Below are positions 39,380 through 49,548 of a stretch of DNA of 64,000 nt, piece by piece. Position numbers and translations under genes: made by a program. Source of the DNA: a virus; IMG/VR virus record IMGVR_UViG_3300027795_000039, positions 1 through 64,000 of that record, one strand, 5' to 3'. A model generated the notes under the pieces. That model searched no databases, was not told the origin of the DNA, and saw nothing but the letters and a program-made list of their open reading frames with translations. Position 1 is the stretch's first letter. The number at the start of each line of letters is the position of its first letter.

Positions 39380-39715
39380 ATGAGTGAGTCCCGTACCACC
39401 AAGTTCAACAGCGTACGAGTACTAAGCGCCGTCAAGAAAGTGTATGCAAGCTACATCATCGCCACCACGTGTGATTTTCCAGTCCTCCGTCAGGATCAGC
39501 GAAAGAACTGGCAGATCGTGTGGGAGGATGGACCCGTGGAGTGGGCGGTGTATTTCGCTGATGCCTGTCCACTCGGGTCTGACAGCCCAGATAAGGCAAC
39601 ACCAGTTCGTGACGCATTTTCTGGCGTTGCACAGTACCCGGCTCCCACAGGCATTCCGAGTGGCTTGCTACTCGAGCCGCAGAGTGATCACGTTCTCGGA
39701 GTCTACATGGTGTAG
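39380..39715 (+). CDS. Hypothetical protein
   Basis: GAGG RBS, follows promoter; IVWEDGPVEWA. Confidence 0.65.
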   Translation: MSESRTTKFNSVRVLSAVKKVYASYIIATTCDFPVLRQDQRKNWQIVWEDGPVEWAVYFADACPLGSDSPDKATPVRDAFSGVAQYPAPTGIPSGLLLEPQSDHVLGVYMV

Positions 39716-39804
39716 GCCCATCCATTACACCAGCAGCTTGGTATTTACATTAACGTGATGCTATGATATAGTTGTAACTAAGAACAGGAACGGGAGAAAA
39801 ACCA

Positions 39805-40188
39805 ATGAAATGCGCATCAGTTGACTTCGATGGTGTACTTCACTCATTTGAGCTAGGCTGGCATGACGGTCTTATTTATGGTCGCATCGATGTCAGCCTG
39901 ATCACAGATCTTCAGGAAGCCGGTTACGCGGTTGCAGTTTCCACCTGCCGCTCGGTCATCCAGACCGGTGAAGTACTTCGCTCCCACGGCGTTTTGGTTT
40001 ACATCGACAGGAGCCGTGTTTGCACGTCCTGGAATGATCCACGTCGAGTCCTAGTCACCAACATGAAAGTTGCAGCTTCAGCTTACATCGATGACCGGGC
40101 GATCAACTACCGTTTCGATCGAAAGTCTGGTTCTCGCAGAGAAGATGTAGTTGATCTGGTACGAAGCATGTCCTACCACCTGCAATGA
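39805..40188 (+). CDS. HAD-superfamily-like protein
   Basis: VDFDGVLH, YIDDRA; promoter TTTACA 39744-TATAGT 39767. Confidence 0.75.
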   Translation: MKCASVDFDGVLHSFELGWHDGLIYGRIDVSLITDLQEAGYAVAVSTCRSVIQTGEVLRSHGVLVYIDRSRVCTSWNDPRRVLVTNMKVAASAYIDDRAINYRFDRKSGSRREDVVDLVRSMSYHLQ

Positions 40189-40307
40189 TACTCATACCTC
40201 ACGCAATCACAGTACCAGCAGCCTGGCTGCTGGTACTCTTGTTTACACCACCGGTAACAGATGGTATAGTAGTACACAGGAACACGGAACGATGACTGGA
40301 GAGGCAC

Positions 40308-41120
40308 TTGCAGATTAACGTCACCGCGGAGCAGTTTGAAGCACGGGCTGAGTACCTGGACAGCCTGACACTGGGACGTAAGATGTTCCGTATCAATGAG
40401 CTGAGGTTGATGAAACCATCATTTCAGCGAACACCTAACAAGCAGCACATCACGAAAATCGTAAATGAGTGGCAACCACACCGTTTCGATGACCCTGTCG
40501 TGATCATCTGCTCAGATGGTACTCATCTTCTCGATGATGGCCAACATCGCGTTGAAGCAGCTGCAGTTAAGCTCGGCGAAGATGCTGAAATCCTGTGCCG
40601 AATCGGTTACAGTGATACTCCTGGCCTAGAATTTGTCGCACTTAACAGCACTCGCCGGCTCGTAACGGCGTACTGGAAGCACACGGCTCATCTGTCAGAT
40701 GGTGAGGATATCGCTGTTGGTGTTACGGCTATGGCTAATAACCACGGCCTGAACATCACCAAGGGTAACACACCGCGTACCATCAGTGCGGTTAATACAG
40801 TTACTAATTTGTACCAGCGAGATCAACTGGCACTCGACAGGACACTGTATGTGCTAGCCAATGTCATCGAAAACCGTGAAGATGAAGTTGGTTGGCTAAA
40901 AGCCAATGTCATCCAGGGAGTATGGTATGTCATCCATAGTTATGACTGTGATGACAAGCTCATGATCCGCGGTCTCAGTAAGATTACGCCAGAACGAGCA
41001 GCACCATACAGCGCGAACGACACGTCACGCAACGCAAGTGACATCATCATCGCTTACAATAAGGGTCAACGGGATAACAGACGAATTAACATCGCACAGC
41101 CACGTGAGGTGGAGTACTGA
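40308..41120 (+). CDS. ParB/DUF6551-like protein
   Basis: FQR, LDDGQHRV; promoter 40242-40270. Confidence 0.7.
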   Translation: MQINVTAEQFEARAEYLDSLTLGRKMFRINELRLMKPSFQRTPNKQHITKIVNEWQPHRFDDPVVIICSDGTHLLDDGQHRVEAAAVKLGEDAEILCRIGYSDTPGLEFVALNSTRRLVTAYWKHTAHLSDGEDIAVGVTAMANNHGLNITKGNTPRTISAVNTVTNLYQRDQLALDRTLYVLANVIENREDEVGWLKANVIQGVWYVIHSYDCDDKLMIRGLSKITPERAAPYSANDTSRNASDIIIAYNKGQRDNRRINIAQPREVEY

Positions 41121-42377
41121 TTAGTAAGTGGGAACGTTATTCGTCAAACTGACGGTAATTGGTCCGAGACCACCAGATCCACCGATGTTCGTGGAGTTGG
41201 CGATGCACTGGATCTCATCATCATATCCGACTAGTACCGATGACCGGTTTGGCTTTGCACTCGTGTAACCAGCTTCCTGAGCATTGATAACAACCTGGAT
41301 CAGGTTGGTACCACTGAGGCCGTTGGTAACGGTGACCTGCATCGGTGGCTGCTCGTTTTGAAGCATGCGTGTCAAACCGGTTTCATCAGTTGCCACCGAG
41401 TACATGAGTGAAGCTGTGGCATCGAGTGTACCACGGGCGATGATGAATGGTGACTGAGTACCTTGCGCGGTCCAGTAAACCTGTAGCTCTCGTTTGATGC
41501 TGAAACCATATTCGCCTGCCTGCGTCATGGTGCTACCACCGATGTCGATGACAGTTTCCCAAGCAGCGATTGGTACTGCAGGTGATGGTACGTTGACCGG
41601 CTTACCGGATCCAGCAGCCGGAACGCTCAGCCACGAGTTACCGCTTACCTTCATCTCGAATAGTTGCTCGGTATTACCGGTAATGTCGACCTGGCTGCAG
41701 CACAAGTCTGAGTAAGAACGAGCACCTGTCACCGCAGTGATGCCAGTGTAGTCTGTCGCGGTGAGCAATGGTGGCTGGCCGCTGCCGCTGTTGAGGATAG
41801 CGAATGTGTGGGTATACGGCCCCGCCACCGTCCACGCGGAACCGGTGGGGTGAGCGAACCGAGTGGGCGTATTCGCGAAGCTGATAACGGTGCCGGTGAT
41901 GGCGCTGATGATGACGACCTCAGCGATGGAACCGGTATCGAGTTGTACCGTGGAACCGGTACCGTAACCCGCTACTGATGACACGGTAGCAGACACGCCC
42001 CCGATGGGGATGGTGCCACCGAATGAGACGCCGTTGGTTGGCGAGCTGCCAGTTGATGACATGTCACCGAAAGTGTTATCGAGAAAATATCCCTCAATAT
42101 CACCGTAGAATGGGCCACCGTAGCTGAAAGTGGCATCTTCCGGGCCTTGGATGAGCTGGAAGACCTGAGCCATTGAACCACGGATGGATGTATCCATCAA
42201 CCAATGTGGCGTATCCTGTGGTTCGTACGATGACTTATCCAACGGGATGGTGCTCGCCATTCCACTGATGCCAGGATACACACCAGGGAGTTGCGCCACA
42301 CCTGGTACAGGCTGACGTGACAAGCCGAGGTAGGTAAGAGATGCTGGATAAACAGCGCTGAGCGAGGCGGCAGTCAT
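41121..42377 (-). CDS. Major tail (tube) protein
   Basis: Position between terminator and chaperone; YTHTF, LTNNVPTY end. Confidence 0.75.
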   Translation of the reverse strand: MTAASLSAVYPASLTYLGLSRQPVPGVAQLPGVYPGISGMASTIPLDKSSYEPQDTPHWLMDTSIRGSMAQVFQLIQGPEDATFSYGGPFYGDIEGYFLDNTFGDMSSTGSSPTNGVSFGGTIPIGGVSATVSSVAGYGTGSTVQLDTGSIAEVVIISAITGTVISFANTPTRFAHPTGSAWTVAGPYTHTFAILNSGSGQPPLLTATDYTGITAVTGARSYSDLCCSQVDITGNTEQLFEMKVSGNSWLSVPAAGSGKPVNVPSPAVPIAAWETVIDIGGSTMTQAGEYGFSIKRELQVYWTAQGTQSPFIIARGTLDATASLMYSVATDETGLTRMLQNEQPPMQVTVTNGLSGTNLIQVVINAQEAGYTSAKPNRSSVLVGYDDEIQCIANSTNIGGSGGLGPITVSLTNNVPTY

Positions 42378-42454
42378 GCGTACCCCTTCATGTGGTCGTT
42401 CTTATGGTATAATGACTACGTCAAGCTCAATGAAGTAAACGTAGGAGTACTGGT

Positions 42455-42649
42455 ATGAATTACGATGATGCACTAACCGAACTCGGTGAGCAGTGGGGTT
42501 TTGGAGAAGATGATGCTCAGGCGATGCTCAACCTAGCCGCTAACCTCGGCTGGTGCGCCGTGGCGTGTTTTCCCGGTACCCCAATCACCGTGAAGTACCT
42601 GGATGAGCAGTATACGGTGACCACGCTCACGATTGAAACAGCTCAGTAA
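42455..42649 (+). CDS. Small hypothetical protein
   Basis: AGGAG RBS, upstream TGGTATAAT. Confidence 0.55.
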   Translation: MNYDDALTELGEQWGFGEDDAQAMLNLAANLGWCAVACFPGTPITVKYLDEQYTVTTLTIETAQ

Positions 42650-43145
42650 TCGTTAGTGAAATCTGGCCATCATAGCGATTGTAACTTTGATCGCTAAGTG
42701 ACCGCAGATCTATCTGGTAGCTCATCTTCTCACCCACGTCGATAAGCCACGATTGCGTCTCATCATACGGGTCCACTGCCAGGATCGGGTTCTGACAGGT
42801 CCGGAACGCCTTCATCACAGCATCCACGATCGATGGAAACAACGTATCACTGTTCGGGTCATCATCTTGCCCGAAGTACACGATCCACACGTCCATCGCG
42901 TGGACGTCGTTCTTCCACCCGCTCGGTGTTCCCGGACCAGTGTTCCGTGGTAGCGTACCAGCGGCTGGACCGCTATTGGTACGTGACTCATCACCACGAG
43001 ATGGCCAGACGTACGCCGTCGGGATGTCCGCCTCGTCATTCGGGTCTGGCGGAGTGATGTAAGCGGTGAGCGGTGGGATGCTGCCGTAGAGTGGCAGACC
43101 GTTGATGATCTGTTGGATGGCGAGCTGGGTGGCGCCGATGGTCAT
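42627..43145 (-). CDS. Putative tail terminator
   Basis: Start MTIGATQ with GGAGG RBS; directly upstream of tail tube gene. Confidence 0.6.
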   Translation of the reverse strand: MTIGATQLAIQQIINGLPLYGSIPPLTAYITPPDPNDEADIPTAYVWPSRGDESRTNSGPAAGTLPRNTGPGTPSGWKNDVHAMDVWIVYFGQDDDPNSDTLFPSIVDAVMKAFRTCQNPILAVDPYDETQSWLIDVGEKMSYQIDLRSLSDQSYNRYDGQISLTITELFQS

Positions 43146-43213
43146 TGACGCCTCCAGGTTGTTTACATCATAATGCGAGTGTGGTATAATAGAACTACCA
43201 GCAGGAACCAGGA

Positions 43214-43492
43214 ATGGAGCAGGAAATGAGCAAGTACACGAGATGGTATGGTCCAAAGGCCAAGGCTCAGGGACTGCGCCCGCAGAAGTGGATCGTCAGT
43301 GACCTGATCGAGAAGCTTGGTGAACAGTTCACGGTATTCGTCTCATTTGGGCACGTGAACGGTATCGAGGGTTTTGGTCGAGAGACTGGTAAGGTAGAAG
43401 ATGACCACTTTGTCGTCCGTACAAACGATGGAACTGGTCACGTAATCACGCGTTATCGCCTTGACAGTTCTATTCGCATTCTAGTCAAGTGA
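43214..43492 (+). CDS. Hypothetical protein in a promoter cassette
   Basis: Promoter TTTACA 43162-TATAAT 43185. Confidence 0.6.
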   Translation: MEQEMSKYTRWYGPKAKAQGLRPQKWIVSDLIEKLGEQFTVFVSFGHVNGIEGFGRETGKVEDDHFVVRTNDGTGHVITRYRLDSSIRILVK

Positions 43493-43729
43493 ATAAAACG
43501 GTAATCTGAGTGACGCCGATGGTCATCAGATTACCGTCTCAATGTGAAGGCCTCAAACAGGCTGAGACAAACGGACATCTGATCATACTTGGCTGGTAAA
43601 CTGACTTTACTGATGGATGAACCGTGGCCTCTGTTTTGGCGGGCTTGATAAAGTACACATCAGCTGTTTACACTACCACGTTGATGTGGTATAATTGAAC
43701 TATCAGCAGAAACCAGGAAGGATCAAACA

Positions 43730-44059
43730 ATGGACGCAATGGCCGTTGAAGTCCTCGGTCATCTAGAAGTCAAGTTCACCGGCGTGGACATTCGTTGGGA
43801 GCCGGCGGAAGACAAGTTCTCACCCGCCCATTACTCGGTCTGGCCAACGTTTTCCGGCGTGGACCGCGAGCGCTCATCTGGTTGGGGCACGGGCAAGAGC
43901 CGGCCGCTGGCGAACCGGCTGGCGAAGGCAATCCGAGCTGGTGTGGCCATCGCCGACCTCGAGGTGCTCACCAACGTGAACGGCGAAACATACGTGAGCT
44001 ATCGGCACGTGGTTGGCGCTCGGCATCTGAACGCGGATCTGAAGCGACTCGGTTTCTAA
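43730..44059 (+). CDS. Hypothetical protein in a promoter cassette
   Basis: Promoter 43667-43695. Confidence 0.65.
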   Translation: MDAMAVEVLGHLEVKFTGVDIRWEPAEDKFSPAHYSVWPTFSGVDRERSSGWGTGKSRPLANRLAKAIRAGVAIADLEVLTNVNGETYVSYRHVVGARHLNADLKRLGF

Positions 44060-44133
44060 CACCGGCTATTTACATCAGCCTGATGGTTTGGTATAATTGA
44101 ATTACAGGCAGGAACAGGAATGGAGACAGAACC

Positions 44134-44397
44134 ATGATCGCTTACACGCTCACCATCCACGATGAGAAGTACCCCACGCAGCCGGATCAAGTCGGTGGCA
44201 TCTTCACGGAACCGGCGAAGGCGATGGACCTCGCCGGACACATCTGGACCACGATGGCAGGCGCAACTGCTGCACCTCTTCACTTCAACTCCTGCGACTC
44301 TAGCTACATCGGCCTGGACTTCCACGTCGCCAGCGGTTACCGCGATTTTACTGCTGGTAAGGTGACTTTCTCAATCAACGGCTTCAACGTCAAGTAA
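44134..44397 (+). CDS. Hypothetical protein in a promoter cassette
   Basis: Promoter 44069-44097, CAGGAACAGGAATGGAG leader. Confidence 0.65.
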   Translation: MIAYTLTIHDEKYPTQPDQVGGIFTEPAKAMDLAGHIWTTMAGATAAPLHFNSCDSSYIGLDFHVASGYRDFTAGKVTFSINGFNVK

Positions 44398-44611
44398 CAC
44401 GCGACAGTGATCAGCACCGGCAGGAACAGGAATGGAGCAAAAAATGGATAACAAGCAGATCGCAAGTATCATGGAGCAAGCCAAGGTGATCGTGGAAGAC
44501 GTTTTTCCTAAAGTTATCGTCATGCAGGCTGCCGCACTACCCCAGGTGGTCCAGATGCTTATTGACAACGAATCGCTGGTCACTTACCGATAACACCAGG
44601 TAAACTCGCTT

Positions 44612-44640
44612 AAGCACCGGCAGGTTATTGCCGGTGCTTT
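44612..44640 (+). terminator. Rho-independent terminator-like hairpin
   Basis: AAGCACCGGCA-loop-TGCCGGTGCTTT. Confidence 0.6.
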
Positions 44641-44838
44641 CGCATCAGATTATGCAATGAAACGGAGCATGTAATGGACGCTGAAACAAAGATGCACGTA
44701 TTGAACCAGGCAGCTGATCGCTTGGAAGACGGCGTGGACGTGATCACGGTACTCGGCGAGGTATTTTCCAGTGGTTACGGGTACGGCCTGTACCAGGGTC
44801 ACTACGATAATGAGTGCCACCCTGGCTGAAGCGATGGG

Positions 44839-44870
44839 TCAGATCACTCGCCGGAATGGTGCTAGCAGCG
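44839..44870 (-). repeat. Duplicate of the last 10 codons of the head-tail connector gene
   Basis: 30/32 identical to 46266-46297; both encode LLAPFRRVI*. Confidence 0.8.
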
Positions 44871-44907
44871 GCTTGCTTATTAGCTTATATCAAAACACTT
44901 GCTAAGA

Positions 44908-46266
44908 TCATGCGAATGATTGCTGCAACACTGAAATGTTTTCGAGATCTTGTTGCGCCGCCTCACGCCACTTTTTGCCGTTAACCTTACCATTTACTTT
45001 TATTTCGGCGCTTACTGCCGCGTAAAGAGCGTTAATTTTGCCGGCGGCGCTTGAATCACCGGTGACAATAGCCTGAATTACATCTGCAGATTGCGCACCA
45101 ATCGCGCCGCCATGGCGGCCACCAAGACCTTGAATAGCGTCAATTTTTTGCTGCACTTCTGATTGCAATACCGGTCTGGCGCTTATTGCTTCGCGTTCAG
45201 CAATCTCGTTTTGACGAGTCTGAGCGCTCGTGAATGCGGTGCTTTCTTTTTCTATGCTGTTTGGTACCTGACGAACTGGGATGGTAAACACACCACTTCT
45301 TTTATCACGTGTTACCTGACCAGTTACTTGTAGGCTACCGCCAGATAGCCACTCAGCTTGATCCTTAAAGTCCAATGCGGCATATGGTTCTAGCTGAAGC
45401 GCTTGCGCACCTGGTTCAAGCTTCAGGATTACACCGATACGTTCTTGTTCCGGATGATATTCAACTGGCTTATTGCGACCAGAAAAACCACCGGAAATAT
45501 TCTCACGAGAGCTCCATGAACCGATACCATGATCAAAGGTATCACCTGGCTTAAGAGCGGTTAGGTCCTTAAGGCGCCGGTGTGTAGCCGCATCAAATTT
45601 GGTGGTCTGGATTCCACGGTAAAGTGAAGGTGCGTTAGACGGCGAGGCAATCACCGCTTCTCGCATCGCATTACTGATACCAGCCATAGGGCTACGTGTG
45701 TAAGCATCGATATCATGGTGAAGCCGGCGCGTGTAAGCGGTTTCAGCCGGTAGCTTACCGGCATTCAATGATATGGCAGCATTTTTAGCGTCATCTGTCG
45801 ACTTTACTGGCACGCTCGTCGTAGAATCTACGACATCGTTGACTGGATTCTCATTGATTTTAACCGGTATTTTTTCTTCAACGACGTCGCGTTTGGTTTT
45901 GCCGGAATTGTAATGACTCGCCAACGCTGATACTGCGGTCGACCGATCCTTATGATTAGAGACATGAGCATCTGAATGAGATGTTACATATTTACCAGCA
46001 TCATTTTTACCGATATGTCCAACCGCATAGCCAGACGGTTTATGAACCACGGTGCCATCGCGTTTGACTGAAAGATCTGAGGCTTTGAGTTTGTCTGGCT
46101 GTTTCCCACAGGGAGGCCGCACGCAGATAAATCCGTGAATGTAACCCTCAGCGCCGACCTTAACGATGTCCGGTGCTACTGGCATGAGAGTTGTAAAACG
46201 CTTTAGCGCGATTTGATCAATCTGCCGCTTTACCGCGACCAAATCACCAAACAAAGGCGCTACCAT
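44908..46266 (-). CDS. Putative head-packaged ADP-ribosyltransferase
   Basis: KVGAEGYIHG N-terminal motif; LYRG, SWS, QAE (R-S-E ART triad). Confidence 0.6.
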   Translation of the reverse strand: MVAPLFGDLVAVKRQIDQIALKRFTTLMPVAPDIVKVGAEGYIHGFICVRPPCGKQPDKLKASDLSVKRDGTVVHKPSGYAVGHIGKNDAGKYVTSHSDAHVSNHKDRSTAVSALASHYNSGKTKRDVVEEKIPVKINENPVNDVVDSTTSVPVKSTDDAKNAAISLNAGKLPAETAYTRRLHHDIDAYTRSPMAGISNAMREAVIASPSNAPSLYRGIQTTKFDAATHRRLKDLTALKPGDTFDHGIGSWSSRENISGGFSGRNKPVEYHPEQERIGVILKLEPGAQALQLEPYAALDFKDQAEWLSGGSLQVTGQVTRDKRSGVFTIPVRQVPNSIEKESTAFTSAQTRQNEIAEREAISARPVLQSEVQQKIDAIQGLGGRHGGAIGAQSADVIQAIVTGDSSAAGKINALYAAVSAEIKVNGKVNGKKWREAAQQDLENISVLQQSFA

Positions 46267-47213
46267 CAGATTACTCTCCGGAATGGTGCTAGCAGCGACT
46301 GCGCTTGTTGAGTAAGCGTGGCTACCTTCGCACCACCACCGTCACTGCTCCCACCTGGGATACCCTGCACCGTGGTGGAAGTAGCACCTCGTGTCATTGC
46401 CATACTCGAGGCGAAGAGGATATTCGCCCAGGTCACCGACTGCGGTAGCGTCGTTACCACGACACCAGGTTGGTGAGAAAACGCGAGTGGTGCGGCGAGC
46501 GTCAGCGTTCCAGGTCCCGCTACAACACTCGCTGCGGTGACTTGCACCAGCTCTTGCTGACCGGAATCGAGGACCGTACCAGCAGCACCAGTGACATTTG
46601 AGAACGGCGTGGTGATGGCCCAACCCGTGCAATCATCCACGGTCAGCGTGCTGCCACCAGCAGTCGCGGTTGCAGTCAACCCGCAGTGTGGGAATCCGTT
46701 GTAATACTGCACCTGGATGATCACGCCCTGGCGGCCGTTGTCCCAGTTCACGTAGCCAGGTGCGATGATGATGGACTGGCCACCTTCACCCGCTGATGAT
46801 GGTGCGCTCGAGCCGTAGATGCCGATGGGTGGGTACTCCGGTTCGAAGTAACCACTGGGAACTGAGATCCACTGACGTGGGAACACGTTTGCGGCAGCAA
46901 CCTGGATCGCCACCACGTCGAGCACCGGTCCACGCTGTAGCACGATCCGACCGTTACGTGAGCCGTTCTGGATGGTAACCCGGAAGTCAGGACCGCGGAA
47001 CACCTCGGTGTCCAGCGTGGCTCGGAGTACCTGGTTGCAGTACGAGTCAGTCTGAGCAGTGGACCGAGCACACAGGTTGGACTGCTCCGCGTATCGCATC
47101 GCGGGGGTGACACCGCTGCCTGGTGGAATCGTGGACCATGATATACCCGTGGGAGCGGTAACCAGTACCTCAGGTGTGACGTACGGCGACAGCGGGCCGG
47201 TGGGTGTTGTCAT
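46266..47213 (-). CDS. Head-tail connector/adaptor protein
   Basis: Start MTTPTG; DSYCNQ, C-terminal LLAPFRRV. Confidence 0.7.
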   Translation of the reverse strand: MTTPTGPLSPYVTPEVLVTAPTGISWSTIPPGSGVTPAMRYAEQSNLCARSTAQTDSYCNQVLRATLDTEVFRGPDFRVTIQNGSRNGRIVLQRGPVLDVVAIQVAAANVFPRQWISVPSGYFEPEYPPIGIYGSSAPSSAGEGGQSIIIAPGYVNWDNGRQGVIIQVQYYNGFPHCGLTATATAGGSTLTVDDCTGWAITTPFSNVTGAAGTVLDSGQQELVQVTAASVVAGPGTLTLAAPLAFSHQPGVVVTTLPQSVTWANILFASSMAMTRGATSTTVQGIPGGSSDGGGAKVATLTQQAQSLLAPFRRVI

Positions 47214-47351
47214 GTGCTGGCACTCCCATCGGCAACGTGGTATAATGAAATTCCAATTTTCGCTGATTACCTTCAGTAGCTTGTTTACATTGCGCCGGCA
47301 AGTTGGTATGATTGCCTTACAGGCAGAAGCAGAATAGAAAGGAAGCACGAT

Positions 47352-47558
47352 ATGGCATCGGCACAGGACCAGGAGTTTGGCTTCGCGCTCGATGGCGGTA
47401 ACATCGTCACTGGCTTTGAAAGCTACGATCAGGCTATGAACGCGGCAAGCGTCTGGCAGCGTGGCATGGGACCAGAGATTGTACTGACGGTGGGACCCGT
47501 TACCCGCGCCACGGACTGGAAGCGCGGTAGTGTTCCAGTTCAACCGAATGCCGAGTAA
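47352..47558 (+). CDS. Small hypothetical protein
   Basis: Promoter 47284-47312, AAGGAA RBS. Confidence 0.6.
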   Translation: MASAQDQEFGFALDGGNIVTGFESYDQAMNAASVWQRGMGPEIVLTVGPVTRATDWKRGSVPVQPNAE

Positions 47559-47776
47559 GCACCTGCGGCACGACCTGGATCCAGCGCTGATCATCAGTCC
47601 AGTCCGGTTGTCGATTATGATGGTGCTGGACAGGCGCATTACCGCGCTGCGTAGCATCCTGGATCACAGCCAGTTCATGCGGTGTGGCTAAGCGCGGCCA
47701 CTAGCCTGTTTACACAGCTAGGCAACCGTGGTATACTGGCTACGTAGCCACAGCAAGGCAACCGAAAGGAACCGAA

Positions 47777-48061
47777 ATGGAAACCGCAACCGCAGTCACG
47801 ACTGAGCTTCCGCAAATCGTCATACCGCTCGACTTCGCCTACGGTGACGACCGGTCAGTGCTCACCGCTCTCGAGGGCACGCACGACCACGGTGCCGGTC
47901 TGGTAACCGTGACTGTCTTGATTGAAAATGGCCCTGGCGGTGGCTGGCCAATGTGCATCGTGAAAGGAACAGCACCGGCGTTGCTCGCGTTCCTGCTCAA
48001 GCACTACACAGGTGGCCAACTCACTGGTCCGAATGGAGCACTCGGCCTGCTCGACGAGTAA
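47777..48061 (+). CDS. Small hypothetical protein
   Basis: Promoter 47709-47737; GPGGGWP. Confidence 0.6.
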   Translation: METATAVTTELPQIVIPLDFAYGDDRSVLTALEGTHDHGAGLVTVTVLIENGPGGGWPMCIVKGTAPALLAFLLKHYTGGQLTGPNGALGLLDE

Positions 48062-48119
48062 CCGACACCGGTAAGTCCAGCAGCCAGGCGGATCACTTTA
48101 CCGCCTGGCTGCTGGTATT

Positions 48120-48740
48120 TCAGATACTCGGTACGCTGCTGATGTCATCCTCGAGTGACGTGGGTCCTACCGGTGGGATAACCCGAGCAGGCCGTGTTTC
48201 ACGCATCTCACGTGACTGACGTGGCTGGCGAACTGGCTTAGATACCGCAGTTGGCTCGACCACGGGAGCTGGCGACGGTGCTTCGGCGGTAACAGCTGCT
48301 GTGCTGACAGGCTGCTTTATCACACCGAGTTGTATCCCACACTCGCCACAGAAGTGAGCGGTGGGGAAATTATCGTGGCCATCCGAGCATCTGACCGTGC
48401 CCTGTTCGGCGGTCTGGATGGCCACGTTCTTCATCAGGTCACCCGCTGGCATACCGGCGATCCGAGCGAGTGCCATCGTCATGACATCGTCACGGTTGCG
48501 AGCGAAGAGGATATCCGCGTTTTCCTTACCGCGTTCCTCATCAGGTGTCGAGGGGATGTCAGCCAGGTTCCCTGACCAGAGCGGGTCGTTGGCAAGGTAT
48601 CCTTGGCACTGGGAGCACGCAAGCTTCCAGATTTTAACTGGGGCGCCTTGCACAACGGGTCGAGTGTGGGAGTTTCCACACCCTCCGTGCGCTTGGCCGA
48701 TGCTGACGCTCATCACGTCAGCGCGGGCGTAAAGTGGCAT
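48120..48740 (-). CDS. Zn-ribbon protein
   Basis: GGAGG RBS; CSQC, C..GH.N....FCGECG. Confidence 0.6.
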   Translation of the reverse strand: MPLYARADVMSVSIGQAHGGCGNSHTRPVVQGAPVKIWKLACSQCQGYLANDPLWSGNLADIPSTPDEERGKENADILFARNRDDVMTMALARIAGMPAGDLMKNVAIQTAEQGTVRCSDGHDNFPTAHFCGECGIQLGVIKQPVSTAAVTAEAPSPAPVVEPTAVSKPVRQPRQSREMRETRPARVIPPVGPTSLEDDISSVPSI

Positions 48741-48792
48741 ATTGCCTCCTGTATTTGTGTACGCCACCTAATTGAGGTGGTACTATACTTAC

Positions 48793-49005
48793 ATGGTAAA
48801 TTTTGGTGAGGCACTTACGGCAGTAAAAGCTGGTAGTAGCGTTTATCGTGTGGCCTGGCGAGACATCGGGTATGAACCTGTACTACGTCTGCAAAAAGAG
48901 CCTTTTGCACTACTCGTGATGGATTATCCGGGTCGAGGACCGATGTCAGTGTTTGCTGGTGCACAAACAGATATCCTCGCCGAAGACTGGGAGATTTTGG
49001 ACTGA
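48793..49005 (+). CDS. DUF2829 / Tad2-like anti-Thoeris sponge protein
   Basis: MVNFGEALTAVKAG..VYR.AW...QTDILAEDWEI. Confidence 0.75.
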   Translation: MVNFGEALTAVKAGSSVYRVAWRDIGYEPVLRLQKEPFALLVMDYPGRGPMSVFAGAQTDILAEDWEILD

Positions 49006-49077
49006 GGTTGTTTACACCACCCAGCCAAGGTGGTATAGTAAGCCTCGTAACCAGGAACAGGAACCAAGGAGGAACCC

Positions 49078-49428
49078 GTGAGCCAGGACACCAGCATCGT
49101 CCGCCCGCAGCCCGCTCCGCTCGCCGTACCCGAGGACGTGAAGGGTATTCGTGAGAAGCTCATCGAACTGCACCCGGATGCTGTCAAAGGCACGGTCGCT
49201 GAGATCAGCCCTGAGCTCGACGAGGCGTACCGGTACGCGAAGTGGGCCATCGACTACTGGACGAAGCAAGCAGATGCTGCCGCACTTCGTATCCGTGAGC
49301 AGATGGGTGATGCGGAGAAGGCAGCTGTGGATGGCGTCCCTGTCTTCTCCCGCCGCCAGTACCCGGTTAAGGGTCACTGGGTGGAAGGTTTCAACAACGA
49401 CGCCTTGTATCCGGTGGCTGGCCGGTAA
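49078..49428 (+). CDS. Hypothetical protein
   Basis: Promoter 49011-49039, AAGGAGG RBS. Confidence 0.65.
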   Translation: MSQDTSIVRPQPAPLAVPEDVKGIREKLIELHPDAVKGTVAEISPELDEAYRYAKWAIDYWTKQADAAALRIREQMGDAEKAAVDGVPVFSRRQYPVKGHWVEGFNNDALYPVAGR

Positions 49429-49548
49429 GCAACGCAGCACTAAGTGATCCTGCAGCGATGTAGCTAACTCGAGTACGCTATCTCGGGTTAGCTTCACCGT
49501 AGTAGTGAAGCTACGGAACCAAAGCCGGAACAGAAAAGGCCAGGAACT

